A DNA stretch of 64,000 nucleotides from Micromonosporaceae bacterium (GTDB taxonomy: Bacteria > Actinomycetota > Actinomycetes > Mycobacteriales > Micromonosporaceae). Shown here piece by piece: positions 1-15,881 of the stretch (position 1 is its first letter; every line of letters starts with the position of its first letter). A model generated the notes under the pieces. It saw only the letters and a list, made by a program, of their open reading frames with translations, was not told where the DNA came from and did not search any database. The stretch lies in the NCBI GenBank assembly GCA_036557785.1, contig DATBGZ010000016.1:2576-66575 (forward strand), given 5' to 3'. The translations under genes were made by a program, and so were the position numbers.

Positions 1-142
1 CCGGCGCCGGGCGTCTCCGCGCGCCAGTCTACCCCTGGCCCTCCGGCGGTCGCTGCGGATAACGCGGCGGCGCAATGCGGTAGGCACCGCCCCCGGCCAG
101 CGCCTTTTCGACCGCGGGATCGCCGCCGCCGGTGGCGGGCGG

Positions 143-679
143 TCACGCGAACGCGAACGCGACTACGACGACGAGCGCCGCCAACGCCAGACCAGCCAGG
201 CCGCAGACCTGACCGGCGATCGCCACGCCCCGGCCGCCGGTCGATGCCCCGGCAAGGGCCGGGCGGATGCGCCTGAGCCCGATCCGGGCGAGCCCGACCG
301 CCGCGGCGCAGAGCAGCGCCGCGAGCAGCGCGAAGGCCCCGCCGGAGGGTGCCCCGAATCGAGCGGCAAAGAGGCCGGACATGGTCGAGACCAGGATCGA
401 CGCGATGCCCGCGACGAGGCTCCCGGCGGCCGGACCGTTCGGCGCCGACCGCACCTCGACCAGGGCGACCGCGAATGGGGTGCCCGCCACGGGTGCGACG
501 GCGGTCGGCCGCGGCAGCCCGGTCCCGCGAGGCGGATACGAGGGCGGGTAGCCGTACCCGTACGGGCTGGGAGCGCCCGGGCCGTACGGGCTGGGGTAGG
601 CGGCCGGCCGGGCCGGGTAAGAGCCGGGGGACGGCGACGGGCCGTACGGCGGCACCGGGTTGGCGGCGGGGGGCTGCAC
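143..679 (-). CDS. Pro/Tyr/Gly-rich N-terminus plus C-terminal multi-TM membrane protein (DUF4190-like), function unknown
   Basis: 178-aa ORF. Low-complexity PYGP repeats are followed by hydrophobic segments (LVAGIASILV, FALLAALLCAAAVGL, GLAGLALAALVVVVAF). It lies downstream of rpoC on the same strand. Confidence 0.5.
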   Translation of the reverse strand: MQPPAANPVPPYGPSPSPGSYPARPAAYPSPYGPGAPSPYGYGYPPSYPPRGTGLPRPTAVAPVAGTPFAVALVEVRSAPNGPAAGSLVAGIASILVSTMSGLFAARFGAPSGGAFALLAALLCAAAVGLARIGLRRIRPALAGASTGGRGVAIAGQVCGLAGLALAALVVVVAFAFA

Positions 680-728
680 ACCAGAACCGTACTCGCTGGG
701 TTCGCATCGCTACCCGCCGCTGCCCGGA

Positions 729-1085
729 TCAGTTCACCGTATCCGGGAAGTCGTGCCTGCCGGCGGCGGCTGCCATGGCGAGTGCGGCCGCGACGGCGGC
801 CACGACCAGGGTCACAACACCGAGGGCCAGCCCAACGAGGGCCAGGATCTCGCCAGTGCGCAGGCGGTCGCCGCCGGTGAGAAACCCGGCGCTGGCCAGC
901 AGGTCGGTGCGGGCCTGCCGGGCCAGGACCAGGCCCACCACCGCCGGCACGATGCCACCGACCAGGGGTCCGGTGAGCACGGCCACGACCCCGAGCGCCA
1001 GCACCGCCGTCGCCTTCGTGGAGCGGACCGGCTCCGGGTCGAGTGGGTGGCGCACCGGGGCGCCGACCGTGAGCGCAGCGACCAT
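729..1085 (-). CDS. small hydrophobic membrane protein (DUF4190-like), start uncertain
   Basis: This is the C-terminal part of track ORF 729..1541. I trimmed it to the first ATG (MVAALTV...) downstream of the rpoC stop. Two to three TM segments (VLALGVVAVLTGPLVGGIVPAVVGLVLA, ILALVGLALGVVTLVVAAVAAALAMA). A GTG at 1154 is an alternative start. Confidence 0.4.
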   Translation of the reverse strand: MVAALTVGAPVRHPLDPEPVRSTKATAVLALGVVAVLTGPLVGGIVPAVVGLVLARQARTDLLASAGFLTGGDRLRTGEILALVGLALGVVTLVVAAVAAALAMAAAAGRHDFPDTVN

Positions 1086-1252
1086 GCGGACCAGAACAGC
1101 AGACCCGACGACCGCTGCGCGCCCGCTCCGGCCGGATACGCCCGGCAAGGTGACGCGGCGCCGTCTTGCTGGATCCGCGCCGGCCGGGACCGGGCAGACC
1201 GGTGGCCCGGAGCAGGGCCCCGGGCCACCTGTTTCTTCGTCGAAGGGATCGA

Positions 1253-5128
<3,876 letters not shown>

Positions 5129-5214
5129 TTTTTATCCCTCTGTGTAGGCTCGTCGTGGAATGCTGCGGAGGCGTCCTGGGCCGCGGCCCCCGTCGCGGCC
5201 CAGGACGCACGGGT

Positions 5215-8655
<3,441 letters not shown>

Positions 8656-9121
8656 GATGCGTCCTTCCGAGGACCTGGTGTGCGAGGCACGTCAGGCGGC
8701 GGCCTGCCTAGCCGGACGTGTTACCACTTCTTGCGCACCCTGAATCATCCCCATCGGTTACGCCCGCTGGCCCGCGCCCACCACACGCGGTCGCGAAGGC
8801 GCCAGAAACAGACACGACGGACAGGGATGATGTCAGAAGGCAGCGCAAACTAGCAGTGTAGCCACCAAGCTACCCGCACGCAAGCCCCCCTTTACCACGA
8901 GGCTGGTCGCCCCGAGGGGATTTGCCCCTTCGCCCGGCCAGGCGAGCCGTCGCAGCCTTAGCCGAACTGCCCGGCTAGGCAAGCCGTCGCCGGACGTGCA
9001 CTTTGTCATCCGCTCGTCCGGGCCCACACCAGCACCGGACCGCAACGCTGTGCTGATTCAGCGTGCCTGTCCGCACGGCAGCAGTCAAGTCCTCGGCCCA
9101 GACACGACCGGGAGAAACGGC

Positions 9122-9150
9122 GCCGGCCACCCCCGGGGGAGGCGGCCGGC
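9122..9150 (-). terminator. GC-rich imperfect hairpin just downstream of rplL, a possible rplL-rpoB attenuator or terminator
   Basis: The plus strand reads GCCGGCCACCCCCGGGGGAGGCGGCCGGC, with arms CCGGCC..CCCCC / GGGGG..GGCCGG. On the minus-strand transcript it is followed by CCGUUUCU, a weak U-tract. Partial termination between rplL and rpoB is known in other bacteria. Confidence 0.35.
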
Positions 9151-9185
9151 AGACGTTTCAGGCGCGTAGGTGTACGGCTGCGGAA

Positions 9186-9578
9186 CTACTTGAGCGTGAC
9201 CTTGGCGCCCTCGGCCTCGAGCTTGGTCTTCGCCTTGTCGGCGTTCTCCTTGTTGACCTTCTCCAGGACAGCCTTGGGGGCCGCCTCGACGAGGTCCTTG
9301 GCCTCCTTGAGACCGAGGCCGGTGAGCTCCCGAACGACCTTGATGACCTGGATCTTCTTGCCGCCGTCGTTGTCGAGGATGACATCGAACTCGTCCTGCT
9401 CCTCGGCAGCCTCGGGCGCCGCGGCGCCTGCGGCGGGACCGGCGGCCATGCCGACGGCGACCGGGGCGGCGGCCTTGACGTCGAAGGTCTCCTCGAACTG
9501 CTTCACGAACTCCGAGAGCTCGATCAGCGTCATCTCCTTGAAGGCGTCGAGCAGATCGGTGGTGGACAGCTTCGCCAT
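9186..9578 (-). CDS. rplL: 50S ribosomal protein L7/L12
   Basis: 130-aa ORF: [32 protein letters not shown]...[19 protein letters not shown]...AKVTLK. An RBS (GAAAGGAAG) lies upstream. Confidence 0.97.
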   Translation of the reverse strand: MAKLSTTDLLDAFKEMTLIELSEFVKQFEETFDVKAAAPVAVGMAAGPAAGAAAPEAAEEQDEFDVILDNDGGKKIQVIKVVRELTGLGLKEAKDLVEAAPKAVLEKVNKENADKAKTKLEAEGAKVTLK

Positions 9579-9637
9579 GGTGGCGCTTCCTTTCGCTTTC
9601 GCGGTGCTCTGGTTGTGGTCTGGTCTTGGTCCGCGGT

Positions 9638-10174
9638 CTACGCGGAGGCGCCCTCGTGCTTGGCCCGCAGGGCGTCGGCCAGGCGTACGGCCTGGGACAG
9701 CGGCGCCTGGAAGGTCGCCGCGGCCTTGGACAGGTTCGCCTTCATCGCGCCGGCGAGCTTGGCGAGCAGCACCTCGCGGGACTCGAGGTCGGCCAGCCTG
9801 CCCACCTCTGCCGCGGAGAGCGGCTTGCCCTCGAAGACCCCGCCCTTGATCACCAGCAGGGGGTGTGCCTTAGCGAACTCGCGCAGGCCCTTGGCGGCCT
9901 CGACGACGTCTCCGGTGACGAAGGCGAGCGCGGTGGGACCGGAGAACAGGTCGCCCAGACCCGCGATGCCCGCCCCTTCCGCCGCCCGTTTGGCCAGCGT
10001 GTTCTTGGCCACGGCGTAGGTGGTCTGCGGACCGAGCGCGCGGCGCAGCATCTTGAGCTGCGCGACCGTGAGACCGCGGTACTCGGTGAGCACCGTGGCG
10101 GTCGCCGACCGGAAGTGGTCGGTCAGCTCGGCAACGGCTGTTGCCTTGTCCGTGCGAACCGGCTTGTCCGCCAT
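9638..10174 (-). CDS. rplJ: 50S ribosomal protein L10
   Basis: Track ORF 9638..10219 trimmed to the ATG at 10174 ([19 protein letters not shown]...), which is preceded by GAGGAGG. The sequence is typical L10, upstream of rplL. Confidence 0.95.
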   Translation of the reverse strand: MADKPVRTDKATAVAELTDHFRSATATVLTEYRGLTVAQLKMLRRALGPQTTYAVAKNTLAKRAAEGAGIAGLGDLFSGPTALAFVTGDVVEAAKGLREFAKAHPLLVIKGGVFEGKPLSAAEVGRLADLESREVLLAKLAGAMKANLSKAAATFQAPLSQAVRLADALRAKHEGASA

Positions 10175-10330
10175 GTCCCCTCCTCTCGTTGCGTCGGGCT
10201 GGTCGGGCCCGACCCGCACATGAGAAACGTCCCGGGCGCAGGGCGCACGGGACGCTGATGCCTTCGATGAAGGAGGAGCGCTTGCCGTTCAACCTGCGCG
10301 GGCCGCCTGCTGAGCAGGCCTTCGATCCCA
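10175..10330 (-). promoter_or_regulatory. probable rplJL 5' leader (L10-leader-type autoregulatory region), boundaries approximate
   Basis: A long untranslated region of lower GC lies between rplJ and the divergent gene at 10493. L10(L12)4 autoregulation through a leader RNA is established in bacteria. I did not verify the structure. Confidence 0.3.
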
Positions 10331-10492
10331 CCGTGGAACGGTGAGGTGACCAGCGGTCTATGGTGGAACTTCTGGCGAACAGACTACGCGAATTCGCCGG
10401 GCCCCGGCAAATTCTCGCCGGCCCTGAGTCGGGAATGCGTACTTTCGAAGGCCTTCCCGATACGGGTGGTGTCGTCACGGTAAGGTCCGCCC

Positions 10493-11701
10493 GTGTCTGT
10501 GCTCGCGACCGCCACACCGGCCGGCGCCACACCCGTATCCGTACGGCCTGATCGGCCGTGGCGCCGCGCCTGGCTGACCGGGCTGGCGACGTGGGCGGTC
10601 GCCTACGTCACCTATCTCGCCATCAACGCGACGTTCTGGATGGTGCGCGATGAGGACCCAGTGCCGCTGCGCGAATTCTTCAATGTCTGGAACCGTTGGG
10701 ACACCGGACACTACGAGTACATCGCCTCGAACGGCTACGACCTCTCCACCGCCAACCCAGCGTTCTTTCCGCTCTACCCGATGCTCATGCGAGCGCTCGA
10801 CCCGGTGCTGCCGGGGCAGATGCTCGCCGCGTCGTTGATCATCGCCTCGATCGCGTGCATAGCCGCGCTCGCGGTGTTCACCCGGCTCGCGGAGGACCTC
10901 TTCGACGTGAGCACCGGGCAACGCACCGCCCTGTACCTCATCGCGTCCCCGTTCGGCTTCTACCTCGTCGCCGGGTACAACGAGAGCCTCTTCGTGGCGC
11001 TCTGCGTCGCCTCGATGTACTGCATGCGCAAAGGCTATTGGTGGTACGCGGGTGCGTTCGGCGCGTTCGCCAGCGCCACCCGGTACTTCGGCGCGGCGCT
11101 GGCCCTCGCCTTCGTGATCGAGTACCTGCGCCAGCGGGACTGGGACCTACGCCGCCTGTGGTGGGACGCGCTGGCGGTCCTGCTCGTGCCCGCGGGACTG
11201 ATCGCCTACATGGTCTACAGCGCCCGGACCTTCGGCAATCCGCTCGAGTTCGCCGAACTCCAGCAGTCGAACTGGGGCCACCGGTTCAGTGCCCCGTGGA
11301 CGAGCATCATCGAGTCCGTCAAGCTGACCGACACGTGGTGGCATGACGCCCCGTTCCACACCTGGTTCGTGCTCAACGTGCTCGACCTGGGCGCCGTGCC
11401 GGTCATCCTCGCGCTGCTCGTCCTCAGCCTTGTCGGCCCGTGGAAGCTCGGGGATCAGGCCTGGTATCTGGTTGCCTTCGGCATAGCGGCATTTGGCTCT
11501 GTGCTGATCTCCCCCGTCTTCAGCTTCGGCCTGCCGCCCTTGCACGGGTTGCCGAGGTATGCGCTGGAGATGGTGCCGCTCTACCTCGTGCTGGCGCGCA
11601 TGGGCCAGCACCGGGCGTTCGAGCGTGCCTACCTCTTCCCCACGATCGGCCTGCAGTCGGCCCTGCTTCTGGCGTACTTCAGCCATATCTTCATCTCCTG
11701 A
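10493..11701 (+). CDS. polytopic membrane glycosyltransferase-like protein (PIG-V/GT-C mannosyltransferase-like)
   Basis: 402-aa ORF with a GTG start and about 9-10 hydrophobic segments. The N-terminal loop motif WNRWDTGHYEYIASNGY resembles the W..WD..Y..IA..GY signature of PIG-V-type mannosyltransferases. Confidence 0.6.
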   Translation: MSVLATATPAGATPVSVRPDRPWRRAWLTGLATWAVAYVTYLAINATFWMVRDEDPVPLREFFNVWNRWDTGHYEYIASNGYDLSTANPAFFPLYPMLMRALDPVLPGQMLAASLIIASIACIAALAVFTRLAEDLFDVSTGQRTALYLIASPFGFYLVAGYNESLFVALCVASMYCMRKGYWWYAGAFGAFASATRYFGAALALAFVIEYLRQRDWDLRRLWWDALAVLLVPAGLIAYMVYSARTFGNPLEFAELQQSNWGHRFSAPWTSIIESVKLTDTWWHDAPFHTWFVLNVLDLGAVPVILALLVLSLVGPWKLGDQAWYLVAFGIAAFGSVLISPVFSFGLPPLHGLPRYALEMVPLYLVLARMGQHRAFERAYLFPTIGLQSALLLAYFSHIFIS

Positions 11702-11712
11702 GGCCCGAGACC

Positions 11713-12432
11713 TCAGGCAGTGGCGTCGGCGGCCTCGCGCAGGTTGCGCGTGACGTTGGGATCGACCGGGATGCCCGGTCCCATCGTCGTCGTCACGAAG
11801 ACCTTGCGCAGGTAGCGGCCCTTGGCGGCCGACGGCTTGGCCCGCAGCACCTCGTCCAGGACGGCCGCGTAGTTCTCGACCAACTGCTCCGAGCTGAACG
11901 AGACCCGGCCGATGATCAGGTGGAGGTTCGAGTGCTTGTCGACCCGGAACGTGATCTTGCCGCCCTTGATGTCCGCCACCGCCTTGGCGACGTCCATCGT
12001 GACCGTGCCCGTCTTCGGGTTGGGCATGAGGCCGCGTGGGCCCAGGATCCGCGCGATGCGGCCGATCTTGGCCATCTGGTCGGGGGTCGCGATCGCCGCG
12101 TCGAAGTCCAGCCAGCCGCCCTGGATGCGGGCGACCAGGTCATCGCTGCCGACCGCGTCGGCGCCGGCGGCCTCGGCCTCCGTCGCCTTGTCGCCGGCCG
12201 CGAAGACGATCACACGTGCCGTCTTGCCCGTACCGTGCGGAAGGTTGACGACGCCCCGGACCATCTGGTCCGCCTTGCGTGGATCGACGCCGAGCCGCAT
12301 CGCCACCTCGACCGTCGCGTCGAACTTCACCGGGCTCGTCTGCTGGGCCAGTTTGATCGCATCGGCCGGCGGGTAGAGCCGGCTGCGGTCCACCTGCGCG
12401 ACCGCCGTGCGGTAACCCTTACTGCGCTGCAT
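11713..12432 (-). CDS. rplA: 50S ribosomal protein L1
   Basis: Track ORF 11713..12675 trimmed to [33 protein letters not shown]... (239 aa). An RBS AAGGAGA lies upstream and the gene follows rplK. Confidence 0.95.
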   Translation of the reverse strand: MQRSKGYRTAVAQVDRSRLYPPADAIKLAQQTSPVKFDATVEVAMRLGVDPRKADQMVRGVVNLPHGTGKTARVIVFAAGDKATEAEAAGADAVGSDDLVARIQGGWLDFDAAIATPDQMAKIGRIARILGPRGLMPNPKTGTVTMDVAKAVADIKGGKITFRVDKHSNLHLIIGRVSFSSEQLVENYAAVLDEVLRAKPSAAKGRYLRKVFVTTTMGPGIPVDPNVTRNLREAADATA

Positions 12433-12499
12433 GTTCGGTGTCTCCTTGTGGTGAACGTCGGGCCAGCGCGGCCCTCCCACTGAGCCATTGATGGCTGGG

Positions 12500-12934
12500 C
12501 TAGTCCCGGACGGTGATCCCCATCGACCGGGCCGTGCCGGCAATGATCTTCTCGGCGGCCTCGACGTCGTTCGCGTTGAGGTCGGCCATCTTCTTCTGCG
12601 CGATCTCCCGCAGTTGCGCACGGCTGATCGCGCCGACCTTGGCGGTGTGCGGAGTGCCGGAGCCCTTCGCGACACCCGCCGCCTTGATCAGCAAGCGCGC
12701 GGCGGGCGGCGTCTTCAGTACGAACGAGAAGGTACGGTCCTCATAGACGCTGATCTCCGCAGGGACGATGTCGCCCCGCTGGCTCTCGGTAGCCGCGTTG
12801 TACTGCTTGACGAACTCCATGATGTTCACGCCGTGCTGGCCCAGCGCTGGGCCGACCGGCGGTGCCGGGGTGGCCTGACCGGCCGGGAGCTGGAGGGTGA
12901 ACGTCTTGACCAGCTTCTTCTTCTTGGGAGGCAT
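12500..12934 (-). CDS. rplK: 50S ribosomal protein L11
   Basis: 144-aa ORF: [46 protein letters not shown]... Confidence 0.97.
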   Translation of the reverse strand: MPPKKKKLVKTFTLQLPAGQATPAPPVGPALGQHGVNIMEFVKQYNAATESQRGDIVPAEISVYEDRTFSFVLKTPPAARLLIKAAGVAKGSGTPHTAKVGAISRAQLREIAQKKMADLNANDVEAAEKIIAGTARSMGITVRD

Positions 12935-12985
12935 GACTCTTCCTGACTGATTTCTGGGCTTGGCGCGATTCGTGGTGCGGCGGGG

Positions 12986-13672
12986 CTAGACCTTGGAGAC
13001 CTGGTTGAAGTTCAGCTCGACCGGCGTCTCCCGGCCGAAGATCGATACCAGCGCCTTGAGCTTCTGCTGGTCGACGTTGATCTCGCTGATCGTCGCCGGC
13101 AGGGAGGCGAACGGTCCATCGATGACAGTGACGGAGTTCCCGACTTCGAAATCGAGCACACGCACCTCCGCCCGTGCCTTCGCGGCCGGCACCACCGCCG
13201 GGGCGAGCCACTTGAGCACCTCGTCGAGGGACAGCGGGGCGGGACGGTCCGCGCGGTCAGTGGACCCCACGAAGCCGGTGACGCCCGGGGTGTTGCGGAC
13301 GCAGGAGTACGACTCGGGGGTCAGCTCCATCCGGACCAGGATGTAGCCGGGGAAGACCTTGTTCTGCACGTGCTGGCGCTTGCCGTTGCGAACCTCGACC
13401 TCTTCCCGGGTGGGCACCTCGACCTGGTAGATGAACTCCTCCATGTCGAGCGTCGCGATGCGGGTCTCCAGGTTGGTCTTGACCCGGTTCTCGTACCCGG
13501 CGTAGGAGTGCACCACGAACCAGTCGCCCGGCGCGTAGCGCAGGCGCTGGCGCAGCGCCTCGACCGGGTCGATCTCGTCCGGTCCGTCGGGCTCCAGCGC
13601 GTCCGCCGCGTCCCCGGACAGGACGACGTCCACGACCGGCTCGTCGGTCTCGTCGTACTCGGGCACCATCAC
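12986..13672 (-). CDS. nusG: transcription termination/antitermination factor NusG
   Basis: 228-aa ORF with an acidic N-terminal extension, then [19 protein letters not shown] (NGN domain) and a C-terminal KOW ([25 protein letters not shown]). Order is secE-nusG-rplK. Confidence 0.95.
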   Translation of the reverse strand: MMVPEYDETDEPVVDVVLSGDAADALEPDGPDEIDPVEALRQRLRYAPGDWFVVHSYAGYENRVKTNLETRIATLDMEEFIYQVEVPTREEVEVRNGKRQHVQNKVFPGYILVRMELTPESYSCVRNTPGVTGFVGSTDRADRPAPLSLDEVLKWLAPAVVPAAKARAEVRVLDFEVGNSVTVIDGPFASLPATISEINVDQQKLKALVSIFGRETPVELNFNQVSKV

Positions 13673-13787
13673 TCCTCCGGCGCGGCCCGGCAGGCGCCCG
13701 GCATCCCGGCGCTGTTCTGTTCGGGCTCCCCGCGCACTTAGAACTGCCTTCCATCACCCCCGGCCCGCGGCCGGAGTCTACGTGCTG

Positions 13788-14228
13788 CTACTGGCTCGAT
13801 CGGCCGAAGATCAGGAACATCAGCCGGGCGAACCCGACGTCAAGGCCGGCCACGTAGCTCATCACCAGCGCCACGAACACGACCACGACCGTCGTATAGG
13901 TCAACAGTTCCTTACGCGTCGGCCAGATGACCTTCTGCAGCTCGGCCACGATCTCGCGGACCCGCTTGGCCAGCCAGCCGAAGAAGCCGGGAGCGGCGCC
14001 GCTGCGGGTCCGGGCCGTCGCTACCCGGGTCCGCGTCGCCGTGCCCACGCCGCGCCTCGTCGCCCGGCGGTCGGGCTCGTCGAGATCCGCCTCGTCGAGG
14101 TCGGTCTCGTCGAGGTCGACGTCATCGGGGTCATCGACGTCGAGCTCCTCGTCCTCATAGGCGTCCTCGATCGGGTCGTCGATGCCGTCGTCATCGACGT
14201 TGCGTCCCCGGCGATTCGCTCTGGCCAC
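13788..14228 (-). CDS. secE: preprotein translocase subunit SecE with an acidic N-terminal extension
   Basis: Track ORF 13788..14510 runs through tRNA-Trp, so I trimmed it to the GTG at 14228, which is preceded by GAGAGGG. The C-terminus WPTRKELLTYTTVVVVFVALVMSYVAGLDVGF is the canonical SecE TM. Confidence 0.85.
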   Translation of the reverse strand: MARANRRGRNVDDDGIDDPIEDAYEDEELDVDDPDDVDLDETDLDEADLDEPDRRATRRGVGTATRTRVATARTRSGAAPGFFGWLAKRVREIVAELQKVIWPTRKELLTYTTVVVVFVALVMSYVAGLDVGFARLMFLIFGRSSQ

Positions 14229-14272
14229 TTCGCCCTCTCTCGGTTCCTGTTCCCATGTAGGGGCTGGTCTCG

Positions 14273-14348
14273 TGGCAGGGGCGACAGGACTCGAACCTGC
14301 AACCTGCGGTTTTGGAGACCGCTGCGCTACCAATTGCGCCACACCCCT
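14273..14348 (-). tRNA. tRNA-Trp (anticodon CCA), CCA end encoded
   Basis: The minus strand reads AGGGGTGTGGCGCAATTGGTAGCGCAGCGGTCTCCAAAACCGCAGGTTGCAGGTTCGAGTCCTGTCGCCCCTGCCA. The cloverleaf is foldable by eye (acceptor AGGGGTG/CGCCCCT, anticodon loop CTCCAAA, TPsiC GGTTCGAGTCC). Position upstream of secE is conserved. Confidence 0.95.
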
Positions 14349-14546
14349 GTGCGCGGCGGCCAGGCACGGGCCCAATCCTCCGCGTAGGGCCCGTCCCACC
14401 CGTCGGGCGCCTGCGGAACGTCCGGTTGCGGGCACACCACGACAGGGGTGACTACCCCACGGGCGACCAGTGTACGGGCACCGGCCCGGTCGACCCAAAC
14501 CGAGGGGCAACGCACCGACGCGCGCCCGCGCGTGCGCCGCTGGTCG

Positions 14547-14969
14547 CTAGCGATGCTCCCCGGTCGGCACTGGCTTCAGGGTGGCCCGGGCCTGGGCGAG
14601 GACCTTCTCGCCGCCGCAGGTGACGGTGAGCTCGACCTGCGCCGCCCCGTCGACGACCGTACGCACGGCACCCGCGACCACGACCTCGGCGCCGGTGTCG
14701 CCGTCGGGCACCACCACCGGACGGGTGAAGCGAACCCCGAACTCGATCACCCCATCGGCCCGCCCGGCCCAGGTGGCCAGCGCCCGACCCGCCAGCGCCA
14801 TGGTCAACATCCCGTGCGCGATCACTCCCGGCAGGCCGACCGAGTGGGCCACCTGATCGGAGAGGTGAATCGGGTTGTCATCACCGGAGGCGTCGGCATA
14901 GCGGACCAGGTCGGCCCTCGTGACGCGGTACGTCTGAGCGGGCAGTTCCTGCCCCGGCAGCAGTGTCAT
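14547..14969 (-). CDS. MaoC-like (3R)-hydroxyacyl-ACP/CoA dehydratase, HadB-like catalytic subunit
   Basis: Trimmed to MTLLPGQELPAQTYRVTRADLVRYADASGDDNPIHLSDQVAHSVGLPGVIAHGMLTMA. This carries the hydratase-2 motif D..NPIH...G..IAHG. ATGA overlap with the upstream gene. The position between rpmG and tRNA-Trp/secE matches actinobacterial hadABC synteny. Confidence 0.85.
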   Translation of the reverse strand: MTLLPGQELPAQTYRVTRADLVRYADASGDDNPIHLSDQVAHSVGLPGVIAHGMLTMALAGRALATWAGRADGVIEFGVRFTRPVVVPDGDTGAEVVVAGAVRTVVDGAAQVELTVTCGGEKVLAQARATLKPVPTGEHR

Positions 14970-15367
14970 GGGGCGCCCCGCACGACCAGCCGGGTCCAGA
15001 CGGAGACCACCGGTGCGCCGTGGGCATCCGTGAGATCCGCTCGGGTGGTCACGAAGTCGTTGCCGCCGCGGGCCATCATCTCCTCGACCGTGCACACGCA
15101 GCTCAGCACGTCACCGGCGACCACCGGGCGGGTGTAGGCGAACCGCTGGTCGCCATGCACCACCCGGGAGTACTCGATGCCCAGATCGTCGATGATCACA
15201 CGTCCGGCGGGCAGCGTGATCACGATGGGAAACGTCGGTGGCGCCACCTCGTCCGGGTGGTCAGTGGCGCCGATGGCATCGGCGAACTCGCGGACCTTCT
15301 CCCGAGTGACGTGATACGGCCCGCTGGCCGGGAAGGCACGACCGACGAAGGAGGCGTCGAGGGCCAC
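14966..15367 (-). CDS. MaoC-like dehydratase subunit, HadA-like (non-catalytic hot-dog partner)
   Basis: 133-aa ORF with a GTG start, 12 nt downstream of rpmG. Hot-dog fold-like sequence (HVTREKVREFADAIG...VVHGDQRFAYTRPVVAGD). Confidence 0.8.
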   Translation of the reverse strand: MALDASFVGRAFPASGPYHVTREKVREFADAIGATDHPDEVAPPTFPIVITLPAGRVIIDDLGIEYSRVVHGDQRFAYTRPVVAGDVLSCVCTVEEMMARGGNDFVTTRADLTDAHGAPVVSVWTRLVVRGAP

Positions 15368-15379
15368 GACCGGCGGACG

Positions 15380-15547
15380 CTAGCGGGTCTCGCGGTGCGA
15401 CGTGTGCTTGCCGCAGTGCGGGCAGAACTTGCGCAGCTCGATGCGGTCGGGGTCGTTGCGCCGGTTCTTCTTGGTGATGTAGTTGCGGTTCTTGCAGTCC
15501 GCGCACGCCATGGTGATCTTCGGACGGATGTCGGTCGCCTTGGCCAC
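15380..15547 (-). CDS. rpmG: 50S ribosomal protein L33
   Basis: Not in the ORF track (55 aa). My hand translation from the GTG gives [55 protein letters not shown], with the CxxC...CxxC Zn ribbon typical of L33. An RBS (GAAGGAAAGG) lies upstream. Confidence 0.9.
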   Translation of the reverse strand: MAKATDIRPKITMACADCKNRNYITKKNRRNDPDRIELRKFCPHCGKHTSHRETR

Positions 15548-15571
15548 GGCCGTGTGCCTTTCCTTCTGCCC

Positions 15572-15603
15572 AGTGGGGTGGAGCTGCCGAGTGGGGTGGA
15601 GCT
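15572..15603 (-). repeat. tandem direct repeat, 2 x 14 bp (AGTGGGGTGGAGCT on the plus strand, 4-nt spacer), in the tRNA-Met/rpmG spacer
   Basis: Perfect copies at 15572-15585 and 15590-15603, read directly from the sequence. The second copy ends 3 nt from the tRNA-Met 3' end. Confidence 0.9.
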
Positions 15604-15606
15604 ACG

Positions 15607-15682
15607 TGGTAGCGGTGGCCGGACTTGAACCGGCGACACAGCGATTATGAGCCGCTTGCTCTGCCATCTGAGCTACACCGCC
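15607..15682 (-). tRNA. tRNA-Met (anticodon CAT, elongator-type), CCA encoded
   Basis: The minus strand reads GGCGGTGTAGCTCAGATGGCAGAGCAAGCGGCTCATAATCGCTGTGTCGCCGGTTCAAGTCCGGCCACCGCTACCA. The anticodon loop is CTCATAA and the TPsiC arm is GGTTCAAGTCC. Confidence 0.93.
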
Positions 15683-15706
15683 TGGGGTCTGCCGTACGGC
15701 AAACTG

Positions 15707-15779
15707 AGCCCCCTTACGGAATCGAACCGTAGACCTTCTCCTTACCATGGAGACGCTCTGCCGACTGAGCTAAGGGGGC
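15707..15779 (-). tRNA. tRNA-Thr (anticodon GGT)
   Basis: The minus strand reads GCCCCCTTAGCTCAGTCGGCAGAGCGTCTCCATGGTAAGGAGAAGGTCTACGGTTCGATTCCGTAAGGGGGCT. Anticodon stem TCTCC/GGAGA, loop ATGGTAA. The Thr-Met-rpmG order is conserved in actinobacteria. Confidence 0.93.
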
Positions 15780-15881
15780 GCGCCACGCGCCGGCCGCCCA
15801 TCCGGTCGCGCGGACGGCCCCGGTAAGACTACACGGCGGGCTTGCGGCGGTGAAATCAGATCCGGCGCCAGGTCGCGCGCC

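Noticed and set aside
10326-10338. CCCACCGTGGAAC in the rplJ leader as another copy of the TCCAC-N-GTGGA palindrome
   Set aside because: It has a mismatch in the left arm and a C centre. It is a single intergenic occurrence, so I did not count it towards the enrichment claim.
11699-11715. Short hairpin TGAGG-N7-CCTCA spanning the convergent stop codons of the membrane glycosyltransferase and rplA
   Set aside because: The stem is only 5 bp and there is no U-tract on either strand. That is too weak to call a bidirectional terminator.
13782-14387. 201-aa plus-strand ORF and the 240-aa extended secE ORF (13788..14510)
   Set aside because: Both run across the tRNA-Trp gene. The plus-strand ORF is antisense to secE. 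I shortened secE to the GTG at 14228, downstream of the tRNA.
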